Made by a program: the position numbers and the translations under genes. From contig OX597830.1 in the NCBI GenBank assembly GCA_951406725.2, positions 31,310,001 to 31,374,000 of the forward strand: a stretch of 64,000 nucleotides of DNA, read 5' to 3'. The notes beneath the pieces are model-generated. The model worked only from the letters and a program-made list of their open reading frames with translations. It did not search any database and had not been told where the DNA came from. Below are positions 41,401-55,809 of this stretch, one piece after another (the stretch's first letter is position 1; the number at the start of each line of letters is the position of its first letter). This DNA comes from Octopus vulgaris (taxonomy: Eukaryota).

Positions 41401-42774
41401 AGTTTCAAACGGATAATTTCGCACTAATTTTTGGTGCCTCAACCTAAGTACCTAATTCATCTGAATCTCAGTTATATATATTTATATATATATATTTATA
41501 TATTTGTATATATATGGATATATATGTATATAGGTATATATGTATATATATATGTGTGTGTGTGTGTGTTTGTGCTTGTGTATACCATTGTCTTCATGTC
41601 CTGTGATGAGTGTATATGAGCATCACTGTCATACACAGAATGTTGGGTCATTTCCAGGTTTCCATAAAAACATGTCAGGCCATGGGGAAATACTACCTTG
41701 CTTGGAAACCAGTAAGGGTTGGTGACAAGAAGGGCAACAAATTCAGTTTAGCTCATACAAATACAGAAAAGCGAGTGTTAGAACGATGAAAATGATGATG
41801 TGTTATTGAAATTAATAAAACTGGCGACTGTCGTTATGAAGGTGGGGGAAAGTTTTGACAGCATGGTTAAGTGATTTGCCATGCACTCATTGGATGGCTG
41901 TAGGTCCAGATTCAATTCCTCTGTACAGCATGTTGACCATGTGTCTTCTACCAGAGGCACCGGTCAATCCAAGCCCTATAAATGAAACTGAGTAGATACA
42001 AACTAAAGTGGAAACCCACTGAATGGACAGCATCAGTTTTTAATTAACCACCTGACTACCATCACCACCACTACCACCAATACCACCACCATGACCAGCA
42101 CCAGCTCCACTACCACTATCACTCCTTAAGCAGTGGGTGCCTTTAGTGAATTTCGATTGATTGTATGTACTGACTAGTCTATGCCAATTCTTGGATAGCA
42201 GACTTAATTCATCAACTTCAATTAATTTACCATCTCTGCTTGACCAGTGAGGAGCACATTCTACTGAATTCCACTTGACTGTATGGACGTGTGTATATGT
42301 GTGAGGCTAACGTGTGTGTGCTGTGTGTAGCAGTTGATGCATACTTGCTCAGGTGGTGTATGCATGTGTCTGTGTATCTGTGACCAAATAGTGTGCATGT
42401 AAGCAAATGAGCCAAGTCTTTGTTCTCGGAGTACCTTCCTACCTTCTTCCCAACCAATCATACAAGCCATGGGTGCTACCAATCCTTGGCAAACTCAGCC
42501 ATTTGAAAATGAAACAAATTACTAGTTGCACCCTGAAGCAAATATTAATAATTCTCCTGTAACTTATCCCCAAGTGTTAAAATAAACCCACAGGGTTACT
42601 ATACATACGAAAACCTACCAACAAGCCCTTCAGAAAACCTCTTTATTGCCAGCTTATTTGCCCTGAAATAACAACCATTTCTCCCAAATTTCACAGCTAC
42701 CAAAAGGAAGTACAGATTAAGTAAAGTACTTGTAGACACACTGGGCTGAAATAAAAGAGAGGTGCATGTGTGGC

Positions 42775-43272
42775 TAGGCACAACCATAGCTGTGTGGTAA
42801 GGAGTTTGCTTCACAATCACTTGATTCCGGTTCAGTCCCACTGTGTGGTATCATGGGCAAGTGTCTTGTACAAGAACGTTGAGCCAGCCAAAGCCTTGTG
42901 AGTGAATTTGGTTGGTGGAAACTGAAAGAAGCCTGTCGTGCACACGTGCATATGTGTGTACATATATCACATGGCTCAGTGGTTAAAGCATTGGGCTCAC
43001 AGTCGTAAGGTAGTGAGTTTGATTCCTCGACCAAGCTGTGCATTGTATTCTTGAGCAAGTCTCTTTATTTCACGTTGCTCCTGTTCACTAAGCTGTAGAA
43101 ATGAGTTGCAACGTCACTGGTGCCCCAAACTTTATCGGCCTTTGCTTTTCCCTTGGATAACATCGGTGACATGCAGAGAGGAAACTGGTACGCATGGGCA
43201 AGATTTGTGCTTCGGAGGGGAACTTTCTTGGTGCAATCCCATCATCATTCATGACTGAGGGGTGTTTACCCT
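42775..43272 (+). mobile_element. SINE family D 5' half (42775-42938) followed by a family E SINE (42968-43272)
   Basis: D core GGTTCAGTCCCACTGTGTGG; E head TGGCTCAGTGGTTAAAGC...GAGTTTGATTCC...CTTGAGCAAG. Confidence 0.8.
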
Positions 43273-43410
43273 TTTTATATATTTAAGTCACAATATATGG
43301 ATTGAAGTAAACCGGTAGAACTCATAAAAAAAGCTCTTTAATGTATCATTGTATAAAATTGTATAGAATACATCGTACAATACAAGAGAAAAAAATAAAG
43401 AGTGTATAAT

Positions 43411-43490
43411 GTCATAAACGACAGAGAAACAGTTTGATAAAATTTTATTGTTAAATAAAATTTCATCAAACTATTTCTGTCATTTATGAC
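43411..43490. repeat. 80-nt AT-rich fold-back (37/39-nt arms, 4-nt loop)
   Basis: GTCATAAACGACAGAGAAACAGTTTGATAAAATTTTATT-GTTA-AATAAAATTTCATCAAACTATTTCTGTCATTTATGAC. Confidence 0.85.
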
Positions 43491-43911
43491 CTCATATATA
43501 TATATACATGTATGTGTGTGTCTATATGTATGTATAGATGTGTGTATCTGTGGGTATAGGTTTGTATCTCTTTGTCTTGATGCTGAATGATAGTTGTAAA
43601 ACAATTGTTGCTGTCATACAATCGATGCAATGTCATTCTCTTTCGATATTATGAGAGAAAGTATGTGTGTGTGTGTGGTGGGGGGCATGGGGAAATATTA
43701 CCTTGCTTGGAAATAGGTGAGGTTTAGCAACAGGAAGGGCAACCAGCTATAGAAAAATCTGCCCCAATAAAATCTGCTTTTAACCCTTGCATGAGTAGAA
43801 ATGTGGACATTAAAAACGATGGCAACAATGATGATGATGATGATGATGATGATATGATGATGTCTCTTTCTCTCTCTGTATGTGTGTGTGTGTATATATA
43901 TATACATGCAT

Positions 43912-44139
43912 GCGGCGAGCTGGTAGAAACGTTAGCACGCCGGGCGAAATTCGTAGCCGTATTTCGTCTGTCGTTACGTTCCAAGTTCAAATTCCGCCGA
44001 GGTCGACTTTGCCTTTCATCCTTTCGGGGTCGATAAATTAAGTACCAGTTACGCACTGGGGTCGATGTAGTCGACATAATCCCTTTGTCTGTCCTTGTTT
44101 GTCCCCTCTGTGTTTAGCCCCTTGTGGGTAGTAAAGAAA
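43912..44139 (+). mobile_element. Full-length young family A SINE with 17-bp TSD
   Basis: TATATATATACATGCAT at 43895-43911 and 44140-44156; intact A and B boxes. Confidence 0.93.
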
Positions 44140-44337
44140 TATATATATACATGCATATATGTGTACAGGACATCACCAACGGTGCAAATAACATGAAATA
44201 CATAAAGGAGAGAAAAAACAGAAAACAGGACAAGTTAACACAGAAAAAAGGACACTTCAGCAGTTGTCAACTGTCTCTCTACTCCTCTCTATATATAAGA
44301 TGATGATGAAACGATGATGATGATGATGGTGATATGA

Positions 44338-44369
<32 letters not shown>

Positions 44370-44435
44370 ATGAGTATATGATGAAGATGATGATGGCATG
44401 ATGATGACGATGATGATGATGATATACATCTATGT

Positions 44436-44474
<39 letters not shown>

Positions 44475-45462
44475 TACTAAAGCACACAAAAATGCATACA
44501 TAGACAAAAACTAAAGAGGACCTCTATGTTGTTGTGCAAAGTGTTAGAAATAGCAGCTAAGTTTCAGATTTATCACTAGAATCTTAAACAAACAGGGTCG
44601 TCATGGGTGAAATGCTTTGGATGATGAAACTGCTGGATCCTGCCTAAGTTGTGTTTAAATTCTAACAACAATAAAAACATCAACGTTTCTTAGTTAAGAC
44701 AGATTCATCCATTTTGATACTAACGTTGTAACAACTGCAGAAATGACCCAACAAGGAAACCACAAGAGGTTAGTCAACATGCTATAAAATGCAAGTCAGA
44801 GTTTCAATTATCTAACCTCTTGTCTTAAAAATATAGCAAGGGCAAGTTTGATGTTGTAATCATGGATATATTATTTCTAAAACAAAGAAAGCATTGAGAT
44901 GACAGAATCGTTAGCACATGAGACATAGTGCTCAGTGGCATTCCTTCCAGCTTGTTTTCAAAAATCTGAGTTCAAATCCCACTAAGGTCATCACTGCCTT
45001 TCATCTATGTGGGTTTGACAAACTAAGTACCTGTTGGGCAATGGGGTTGATGTAATCAACTTGCTTTTAGTCACAAAATTCCATGCTCTGTTTCTGTAGT
45101 GGAAAGAAACATGTCCAAAAGAGATAGTGTTTTTAAGGTGCAACGTGTGATTATATATATATTAGTACTGATTATATATATTAGTACTCATTATGAAAAA
45201 TCAAAGCAACAAATGCAGTAAATATACATACATGTACAAACATGCATGCACACACACATACACGTTTCTTTCTTTATGCATTAGTATATATGCTTCAGGC
45301 TGTCAATCAAAATAGCATGCATGACTACAAAATAGTATACCAATACATTTATTGGATGCTCAACATTTACACCGAGTTTGATTACATACACACACACACA
45401 CACACACATGTACATATATACATGTATGATTATATAGATATAAATGTGCATACACATACATA

Positions 45463-45507
<45 letters not shown>

Positions 45508-46049
45508 ACACATATATGTGCATATATATTTATATATATATATACATAAATACATACATATGCAAACATACATATATATATGAGAGCACTTCGTCGGTTA
45601 CAACAACGAGGGTCCCAGCTGATACGATCAACAGAACAGCTTGCTTGGGAAATAAACGTGCAAGAGACTGAGCACTCCAACAGACATGTGGACCCTTAAC
45701 ATAGTTCTCATGGAGATTCAGCGTGACACAGAGTATGATAAGGTGTTTGTGTGTATATATATATATATATATATATCACAGCACTACAATATAAAGCAGA
45801 CCATCAGATGCTGTTCTACACCCCTGGTCACAATGCACTTCCAATCCTGTTTTCATTGTGCCATTATTTTCTATCCTGAACAAAACTGCTTAGCTAAAAA
45901 AAAAATCTTCCCATCCTCATAGAAGCTTTCCAAATGGAATTTTCCAACCTCTTGGATACCACTTACCAGCTGCATGGGTTGTCTGTGAAACTTGTGACAT
46001 GTCTGGCCCAGCAGAACCCATGCTTTTGGTACTCTGGCATCATATAAAG

Positions 46050-46212
46050 AGATACAGGAGTGGCTGTGTGGTAAGTAGCTTGCTCACCAACCACAAGGTT
46101 CCAGTTTTAATTCCACTGTGTGTCACCTTGGGCAAATGTTTCCTACTATAGTCTCAGGCTGACCAAAGCCTTGTGAGTGGATTTGGTAGACAGAAACTGA
46201 AAGAAGCCTGTC

Positions 46213-46256
<44 letters not shown>

Positions 46257-46450
46257 TTTGTGTGTCTGTGTTTGACCTTCACCATTGCTTTAAAACTAAT
46301 GCTGGTCTGTTTACGTCCCCATAACTTAACAGTTTGGGGAAAGAAACCAATAGAATAAATACTAGGCTTACAAAGAATAAGTCCTGGGGTTGATTTGTTC
46401 GACTAAAGGTGGTGCTCCAGCATGGCTGAAACAAATAAAAGAATAAAAGG
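46050..46450 (+). mobile_element. SINE family D, CpG-decayed
   Basis: CAGGAGTGGCTGTGTGGTAAGTAGCTTGC head through to AAATAAAAGAATAAAAG tail. Confidence 0.88.
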
Positions 46451-46501
46451 ATATCGTTCACTCAGCTCCATTCTCAAATGTATATATATATATATATATA
46501 T

Positions 46502-47195
46502 ATGGGTACAAGTCATCACCAACTGTGTATACAACATGTTGTATGAAAACAAACGAGTTGAATATGCAAACAACGAGAGTAAAAAATGGAAAACCGGACA
46601 AGTAACAGAGAACAATCCTTCATCAGTTGTCGGCTGTCTATCTACTCCTCATTTCAAGCATTCAATGACAATATGTGTGTTGTTGAAGACAGTTGCTCCC
46701 ATAAATGCCAAAATAAAATTTTGGATTTATGGAGGATCAAAGTTGGGAACAAAATCAGGACAATGGAAACATACAAAGAAACCGAAACAAAAACAAAGCA
46801 TGGAGGGTTGTTAGACCAGAATGATAGGGAAATAGTGAACACTGGGAGAAATATTTTCTTTAAAAAAGAGAAAAGATGGAAGAGAGAGATAGAGGCGTCT
46901 AGTCCTTAGAACGTTGTGCAGGAAAAGAAAGACAGATGATGGTCACGTGTGAGCAATGGGAGAGAGAAAAAGAGAAAGGGAGAGAGAGAGAGACAAGGGG
47001 AGAAAAAAGGAATTAGAGAAGGATAGGGGGAGAAAGATATATATATATTCTCTCTCTGTTTATTTCTTCATGTTCCTTTCTGTTGAAGAGCGTAGGCTCA
47101 AAACGTAAAAGACTTTCTCACCTTCCTGAACATCAAACTAATACACCTGCTTGTTATTTATACACCTGTCTTCATCTTTTGTTTTTCTGTAAAAA
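46502..47195. mobile_element. Family C module (minus, 46502-47036) head-to-head with family B (plus, 47050-47195)
   Basis: C is the reverse complement of 38881-39190; B motif CTTTCTGTTGAAGAGCGTAGGCTCAAAACGTAAAAG at 47076-47111. Confidence 0.75.
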
Positions 47196-47212
47196 TATAT
47201 ATATATATATAT

Positions 47213-47575
47213 ACCGATCGTGGTCATTGCCAGCCTCCCCTGGCACCTGTGCTGATGGCACGTAAAAAGCACCATCCGTACATGGTCGATGCCAGCGCCA
47301 CCTTGACTGGCTTCCATGCCGGTGGCACGTAAAAAGCACCAATCGATCGTGGCCGTTGCCAGCCTCCCCTGGCACCTGTGCTGATGGCACATAAAAAGCA
47401 CCCACTACACTCACGAAGTGGTTGGTGTTAGGAAGGGCATCCAGCTGTAGAAACACTGCCAGATCAGACTGGAGCCTGGCGCAGCCTCCTGGCTTCCCAG
47501 ACCCCGGGCGAACCGTCCAACCCATGCTAGCATGGAAAACGGACGTTAAACAATGATGATGATGATGATGATGAT
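47213..47575 (+). mobile_element. (GAT)n-tailed retroposon, family G
   Basis: Three units ending GGCAC(G/A)TAAAAAGCACC (47257, 47324, 47386), then AGGAAGGGCATCCAGCTGTAGAAAC and a (GAT)n tail. Confidence 0.85.
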
Positions 47576-48429
47576 AATGGCCTCTGCTGTCAAAGATGAC
47601 GTCATGAGTGTTCAGCTTTTGTTGAACGCCCTACACAACAGATTTGTTTATAATGATTAAAAGTATGTGCTGTATATTAGCTCACTCTCTCCATGGTGTA
47701 TCAAGCATCAGGTGTTGAAGCAATCACAGAGTAATGCGCGATGAAGTATTTTGCCCAAGAACATAATACAACATCTGGTCTAAGAATTGAAACCACGATC
47801 TTGCAATCACAAGTGCAATACCCTAACCACTGGGCCACACACATTCATTGATGCCTATTACTATGCATCTGTCTTTTTACTTCCATAGGTACATCATGAG
47901 GGCGATTATTGGCACTGTAGATTTCCTAAAAGATCTAAGGAAAGGAGATGCTGGGGAATCAGATTTGGATTTCCTCTAAGTATTACTTGGTCACTATCAA
48001 TACAATACAAATTTCTCTCTTTCTTTCTTTGTGCAAACATGGATGTGTGTGTGTGTCGGATGGGCGTGGGGCAGTGTATCCTGTTACACTTAGAAGCAAG
48101 GCATAGTACCAGGAAATGTAGACCTAAAATGAACATATTAAAAACATACACACACACACACACACAAATAAATATATATATATACATATATACATGCACA
48201 CACACACACATATAGATAGACACTCACACACATATATAAATAGATAGACACACATACACATATATATATCATGGTACAGGCTCACGCATCTAGGCAGCAG
48301 ACTTAAAGTTCATCAATGTGTCATTAAATCATCGTGATTGCACAATGATTCTGTAGGTGTTTCGTGTAATGCACTTATACCCATGAGAAATACAAAATTT
48401 TTATTTCAGGGTCAGACCCCCTACAGTGT

Positions 48430-48748
48430 TATAGGCCATATTGCAAATCAATGTACCATGCCCTATAAAGGGTAAAAGCCTCCTTTGGTGAGAATAACCA
48501 TAGAATTGCACCTAGAAAGTTTACATCCTAGGCACAAGCCTGAGCAAAGTTTTTTAAGGAAGACCAGCAGTCACCCATGCGTGCCAGTCTCCCCTCTCCA
48601 TGCCTCAGATGTTATCCAAGGGAATAGCAAAGGCCGATACAACTTGCCACCGGTGACATTGCAACTCACTTCTATAGTTCTGTCTGGGAATCAAACTCAC
48701 TACCTCATGATTGTAAGCCCAGTGCTCTAACCAGAGCCATACGCCTTC
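48430..48748 (-). mobile_element. SINE family E
   Basis: Reverse-complement homologue of 42968-43272 (GGAATCAAACTCACTACC, TGTTATCCAAGGGAA). Confidence 0.75.
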
Positions 48749-48782
48749 CCATGTGCCTTCACCCTGCGGTAAAGTGTTAATT

Positions 48783-49020
48783 CATTGACAGCAATCCACA
48801 TTATACACAGACTAGGACTGAGCCTGCAGGCCTACAAGAGCGCTGAGCAAATCAGTGTTGTGGACCCTATAGTATTTGTCGACAGCAAGATACAGCATAA
48901 CTAGATTAGCACTGGGCTCCCTAGATTGCAGATGTCCCTGAGCAAATCAGTGCACCAGGGATTATAGTATATATTGACAGCAATCCACAGCATGTACAGA
49001 TTAGCATTGAGTCCCTAAGT
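48783..49020. repeat. Diverged 94-95-bp minisatellite, ~2.5 copies
   Basis: GACAGCAA at 48787, 48881 and 48976; CTGAGCAAATCAGTG occurs twice at the same period. Confidence 0.8.
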
Positions 49021-49270
49021 GAGCAATAGGTGACTGCCATATGCATGCCTTAAGATGCCACTGTGAACATGAACAAGTAGAGCATATCACCAGAAATAAT
49101 GAGTGAGTGGGCTGCATGCTAAGACTATGTCCAGCAGAGAATCTACAATAGTTTGGAAATATATATATATATATGTCAATTCATATAAATATATTTGTAT
49201 GTGTGTGGAGTGAAAAGTTATCAGTCTTCTATTTAAATACTAAATGTCAAATGGTATATATAAATAAATG

Positions 49271-49333
<63 letters not shown>

Positions 49334-49792
49334 AAGTATTGGTATATTTTATGTATATATATTTATGTATATACATGAATATATATTTATATATATATGT
49401 ATGTATCTGTATATACACATCTATGTGTGTGTATATATACACACATATATAAAAACACATACATATATGTGTATATGTGTGTGTGTATATATATATAAAC
49501 ATATATATATATACATACATATAAACATATGTGCATATTTACACATGAATATTAACACATATATATGTGTACATATGAATATATAAGTTTATATAAACAT
49601 ATATGCATATTCACACATGAATATTAACATATATATACATATATGTATGTGTGTGTGTGTGTATACACACATGTATTTATATAGTTACATACATATATAT
49701 TGATCATATATACATTTATATAGCTATATATATATATAGATATGTAAATATATACATACACACACATATGTACATACATGTAATTATATATC

Positions 49793-50013
49793 TATTTCTT
49801 TACTACCCACAAGGGGCTAAACACAGAGGGGACAGACAAATGGATTAAGTCAATTACTTCGACCCCAGTGCGTAACTGGTACTTAATTTATCAACCCCGA
49901 AAGGATGAAAGGCAAAGTCGACCTCGGCGAAATTTGAACTCAGAACGTAACGGCAGACGAAATACGGCTAAGCATTTCACCCGGCGTGCTAACGTTTCTG
50001 CCAGCTCGCCGCC
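49793..50013 (-). mobile_element. Full-length young family A SINE
   Basis: Close reverse complement of 43912-44139. Confidence 0.92.
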
Positions 50014-50016
50014 TTA

Positions 50017-50156
<140 letters not shown>

Positions 50157-50852
50157 ATTATATATCACCTACATTGCACACAAGTCCACTTTGACATGGG
50201 TTGCTCGGTATTCTGAGAAGCAGAGTCTAGATGCCCGTATCGTTGCCAACCTTGACCTGCATCTAAGAAAGGTAATGAGTCTCAATAGCCAGACATCACT
50301 CCAACACAGGGAATCAGAAAAGAAGTACACCAGTTGTGTGACAGTCACATATACACACGTACTTCAAATCAGCATGTGATTTATACACACATACATATAG
50401 ACAGACATATATGTGTGAATGTCTATATATATTATATATATACACACACACATTTATATATATATGTGTGTGTGTATATATATATATATATATAAAGTGC
50501 ATATTTTACATGTATAAGCATTCAAATATATATAATGTAAAATATCGCAACAGTTACATAAATTCCTATGCACGTAGGTAGCATAGAGTTATTTATATCC
50601 ATATTTATGACAAAAATGTTGATGTATGATGTATATATGTATAATACATACATACATATAATACATATATAATACATACATATATACATACATATATACA
50701 CATATAATATATATATATATATATTTATTTATATATATATACATACATGTAGATATATATATGTGTGTATATATATATAACTATATAACTACTGTAAATT
50801 GCTTGTAGCATGTATATTATATATATATATGTATATGTATATATGTTTATAT

Positions 50853-50891
<39 letters not shown>

Positions 50892-51285
50892 CATCTGTAT
50901 TATATATATATGTATATACATACATATGCCATATGCACACACATATTTAGACAGGCCGACAGATAAATAGAGAGAGAGAGAGATGGAAGGATGGATACAT
51001 AGACAGACTTAACAGGTCGCTTGTGGGTGCCACTAATATCATGTAACTCAATGCAACCTGCTGCTGCAATGGCAATCCTGCTGAGCTTGCATGGTGATGA
51101 AGATGATTGCAGATGCCATGCATAATAACATCCTCCCACAAAATAGAAAAAAATACCTGTAACAGGGTGAATGAACTCGCGTGAATCAATGGTAGTCTTA
51201 TATTATATACACATGCATATATATATATATATATATATATACATACACACACATATATATACAGATATAGATAGATATACATTCA

Positions 51286-51325
<40 letters not shown>

Positions 51326-51340
51326 AATATAAATATATAT

Positions 51341-51554
51341 TCTTTTCAACTCTAGGCAGAAGGCCCGGAATTGTTTGGGATGGGTCAGGTCAATTAGATT
51401 GACCCCAGTACATGACTAGTACTTGAGTTATCGACCCCAAAGGGATGAAAGGCAAAGTCAGCCTCACCAGAATTTGAACTCAGAATATAAAGACAGATGA
51501 AATACCACTAAGCATTTCGCCCGGCGTGCTAGCGTTTCTGCCAGCTTGCCGCCT
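51341..51554 (-). mobile_element. SINE family A
   Basis: GATGAAAGGCAAAGTCAGCCTC...GAATTTGAACTCAG...GCCAGCTTGCCGCC. Confidence 0.85.
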
Positions 51555-51713
51555 TTACAAATGTACATATATATATATACTAATACATATATGTATGTGT
51601 ATGTGTGTGTGTGTGTGTTTGTGTATGTTGTATGTGTATGTATATACATATATATATATATATGTTGAGGTGTATTTTTATGTATATATATATGTATATA
51701 CATATATATATGC

Positions 51714-51755
<42 letters not shown>

Positions 51756-52071
51756 AGAGGGACTGTAATCAGCCAAACACCAATTGAGAATTCCCTAAAT
51801 TACAGTCCCTCCCAGCATATACGTATACAATTATTGTGTTTTAACAACAGTATAGGAGCACTTTAGCTCTTATTTCTAGCAATGTAGATGTCCTAAAATC
51901 CTTAGTTGCATCTAGCGACATTTACAGTTTTCCTTTTTGGTAACACGTTGCACAGTGTTATTTATGTTAATTTATATATATACATATATATATATAATAT
52001 ATATATATATATGTATATATATATATGCATATATATATATATATATATATATTTAAATATGAATATTCATA

Positions 52072-52139
<68 letters not shown>

Positions 52140-52159
52140 TATATACACATATAGAAGGT

Positions 52160-52792
52160 ATATATGCATGACTGCATGTTAAGATATTTGTTTCCCAACC
52201 ACATGGTTCAGTGTTCAGTCCCATAGCGTGGCACCTCGAGCAAGTAAGTGTCCTCTACTATATCCTCAGGCTGACCAATGCCATGTGAATATGGATTTGG
52301 TAGATGGAAACTGAAAGAAGTTTCTAGAATCATATATATATATATATATATATATGATTCTACTAACTTATTTATATATAAATAATGCTCCAGTTTGGAC
52401 CTCTCAACACTTTCAGTAGAAGAGTGTAGGCTTGAAACATCAAAAACTTCTTCATTCTTCCCGAGTGTCATGCTAATACACCTGCTTGTTGTTTCCCCAC
52501 CTGTCCTCATCTTTTGTTCTCTGTAAAATTGATCCATATATATATCTATATCTACATCTCTATACGTGTGTCTGTGTTTGTGTGCGCGTGCGTGTCTTTG
52601 TGTCTGTTTTTTCCTCACAACAGCTTTGGTGTTGGTGTGTTTACATCCCTATAACTTAGCCGTTCAGCAAGCTAAAGCAATAGAATAACTATTAGCCTTA
52701 AAAAAAAAAAGAAGCCCCTGGGTCGCTTCATTCGACTGGGTGCCCCAGCATGGCCGCAATCTAGCAATCTAATGTCTGCAACAAGTAAAAAA
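52160..52792 (+). mobile_element. SINE family D with a family B element (about 52400-52535) nested in its internal microsatellite
   Basis: D 5' half 52160-52322 and 3' half 52565-52792; between them TTTCAGTAGAAGAGTGTAGGCTTGAAACATC plus the B tail. Confidence 0.75.
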
Positions 52793-52850
52793 AAGGGCCA
52801 CCCTTAAAAATCCATATTCATAATTTGTGGTGTATCTTTATTTTATATAG

Positions 52851-52920
52851 ATGCAGCATGGACGAAATAAACAAAAACAGCATTAAGTTATACTCTGAAC
52901 ATTTGTGGCTGGATCCTAAT
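52851..52920 (+). other. Candidate 70-nt exon, product unknown
   Basis: TCTTTATTTTATATAG acceptor and AAT|GTAAGC donor; one frame reads CSMDEINKNSIKLYSEHLWLDPN. No recognised homology. Confidence 0.25.
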
Positions 52921-53418
52921 GTAAGCGACTGGAATGGGTGGTAATAGACTGTTATGCTTGGCTTGATTTTATGATACGGAGCAGACAAATGGTAAGATGC
53001 TTTATGGCTTGGGCCACACATCAAGTTAGCCGGTTGCACAAGATCTACATGTCACTCCATCCGTTTCGGCATTCTCCTGCGTTTTTCTACAATCTCTGCC
53101 GTCTTGATTTTTATCTTGACACGGGGAGATTATTGTGAACATGGGTGGTGGGACTTATGTGTGTGTAGTTCTTTATCAGCTAAAATAAATAAATGAAAAC
53201 TTGCACTAATCTAGTGTATGTCTATGCAGCTGTTAAACTATTGTCAAACATGATGGGTGAGTTATCATTTTTATCATATACTTATATACATACAGACATG
53301 CATATGTACATATATATACATGTATGCTAATATTCATACATATTTGCAGACACACACACACATATATTTATTTACGTTTACAATTCCACACATAAATATA
53401 CATGCACAAACACACCTG

Positions 53419-53507
<89 letters not shown>

Positions 53508-54144
53508 GTATTTATGTATATATATATATATATACATATATACATACATACATACACATACAAGTATATGTTTGTACACATATATATGTATACATATATT
53601 ATACATATACCTATGTACATATATATATATATAAACATACATCGCTTTCCCCTCTCCCACTTATATATATATGTATGTACGTGCATATGTATTTATATAA
53701 ATATATATGTATGTATTTATGTGTATGTGTGTGTGAGTATATATATATATATTGAAACATATATATATATATGTATACATATGTGTAGAGTGTGGGGGTT
53801 CACGTGTGTGCATGCATGCCTGTGTGTACATGTGTTTGTTAGTGTGTGTGTGTGAAGATATATATGTATATATGCATGATGATAAGCTTACATGATGAGT
53901 GTGTGATGCTGTGATATGCAATGCGGCCAAGAAACAAAGAAATAACTTTGGTACTCAGTACGTCTAAGAAGATTGGAAATGAGGTACTTTGCCACTTGGT
54001 GGTACTTATCAACTCAGAAACAACAGTAACTAGAAACTTTAAATATCTAGTAAATACTGACACACCTTTCAATAAATTTATGCACATAAATATATATATG
54101 GAGCTATACAACATACACACACACAAGCATATATACACACTCAC

Positions 54145-54177
<33 letters not shown>

Positions 54178-54268
54178 TACACACACATATATATTATTTG
54201 GATAATATATAAATTTGGATGTGTGTGAGTGTATGTGTGTGAGTGTATGTGTGTCTGTGTCTGTGTGC

Positions 54269-54305
<37 letters not shown>

Positions 54306-54355
54306 TATATAATTACATCCAAATATACGTTCCTCTTTCTCTCTGTATATACATG

Positions 54356-54387
<32 letters not shown>

Positions 54388-54593
54388 TATATAGAGAGAG
54401 AAATAGATAAATGTAAGCATGTCTATGTATATAAATATTAATTTTTTGATATATACGTATATATATATATAAGAATATACACAGACATTGATATGTATAT
54501 TGAAATATGCACAATATCTTACATGCTCACATATTCATATATAGTTATGTATGTATATATAAGTGTGTGTATGTATATGTGTATATGTGTGTA

Positions 54594-54628
<35 letters not shown>

Positions 54629-54759
54629 GGTAGACTACATAGACATTTATGTAGTAATACTCACACTCATACAAACATGTATGAAAATAAACTCAGAGAA
54701 ACTCATGGAGATGAGAAAGGTGAAATATTGAAACATAAAGTTATGCAAACAGTCAAGAA

Positions 54760-55230
54760 GAATGTACAATATAGGAGAGGAGGAGAGGAGGAGAAGGAGG
54801 TAGAGATGGCATGGAGGGAGAAGGGGAGGAAATGGGTGGTGGAGGGGAGAAGGGAAAAGAAGCAAAGCAAGAAGAAGAAGAAGAAGAAGAAGAAGAAAAT
54901 GAACAAGTAAAACAACAAAATCAAAAAATAGTGGAAACAGAAGATGAAGAAGATGAAGAAGAAGAACAACATGCAAAACAACAACAAAAACAAAAAAAAT
55001 AGCAGAAGCAGAAGCAGAAGAAGAAGATGGGTAATAAAAGTAAAACAAAAGGAAAAGAAAATTGAAAGAATAAAAGAACGAAGATGAAGAAGACTCACAA
55101 TAAGCAAGTGAAAGAAATGATAAAAAAGAAAAGAATAAAAGAAAAATATACAACAATGAAGAAGAAGAAGAAGAAGAAGAAGTGAAAAAGGAAAAAAGAA
55201 GAGGTAGAAAAAGAAGAAGAAACAGAAGGG
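54760..55230. repeat. Purine-rich (GAA/GGA) low-complexity tract
   Basis: Directly visible. Confidence 0.85.
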
Positions 55231-55357
55231 AGTGCTGTTTGCAGATTAGTATTTAGAAGTGAAGATGAATTGGTACAAATTAGAAAACAATAATACAACA
55301 CAAGTTAATCAGCTTAAAGAGTGAACAGAGAGAGACTAGCAAACACACACGTTTATA

Positions 55358-55404
<47 letters not shown>

Positions 55405-55741
55405 TATACTGGTCCTGATTGCATTACACAACCACACACACAAACACACACACACACACACACATGCAAACACACATACATGGACACATGCACAAGCGTT
55501 TACTCACTGGAATACTGATGCATGTGTACAAACACATACTCACACAATCATACATGAAAATGAATATATATGTATATATATTATGTATATATATATATAT
55601 ATATATGATATATATTTGTATATATAACATATATATAATAAAACAAATGCAGTTCTCTCTCTCTCATATATATATATATTCTCTAGTTTCAGCTCAGAGC
55701 TGTGGCCCTGTATATACATACAAACATACATACATGCATAC

Positions 55742-55809
<68 letters not shown>

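Noticed and set aside
42231-42532. Minus-strand exon candidate (TTCAG| ... ATG|GTAAAT)
   Set aside because: Includes CA-rich low-complexity sequence and gives no recognisable peptide.
47213-49020. CRISPR-like repeat-spacer appearance of the 62-67-bp and 94-bp units
   Set aside because: Eukaryotic context, intervening segments are homologous to each other, and no cas genes.
54647-55301. Glu/Lys- and Phe/Leu-rich ORFs
   Set aside because: Purine-rich low-complexity tract.
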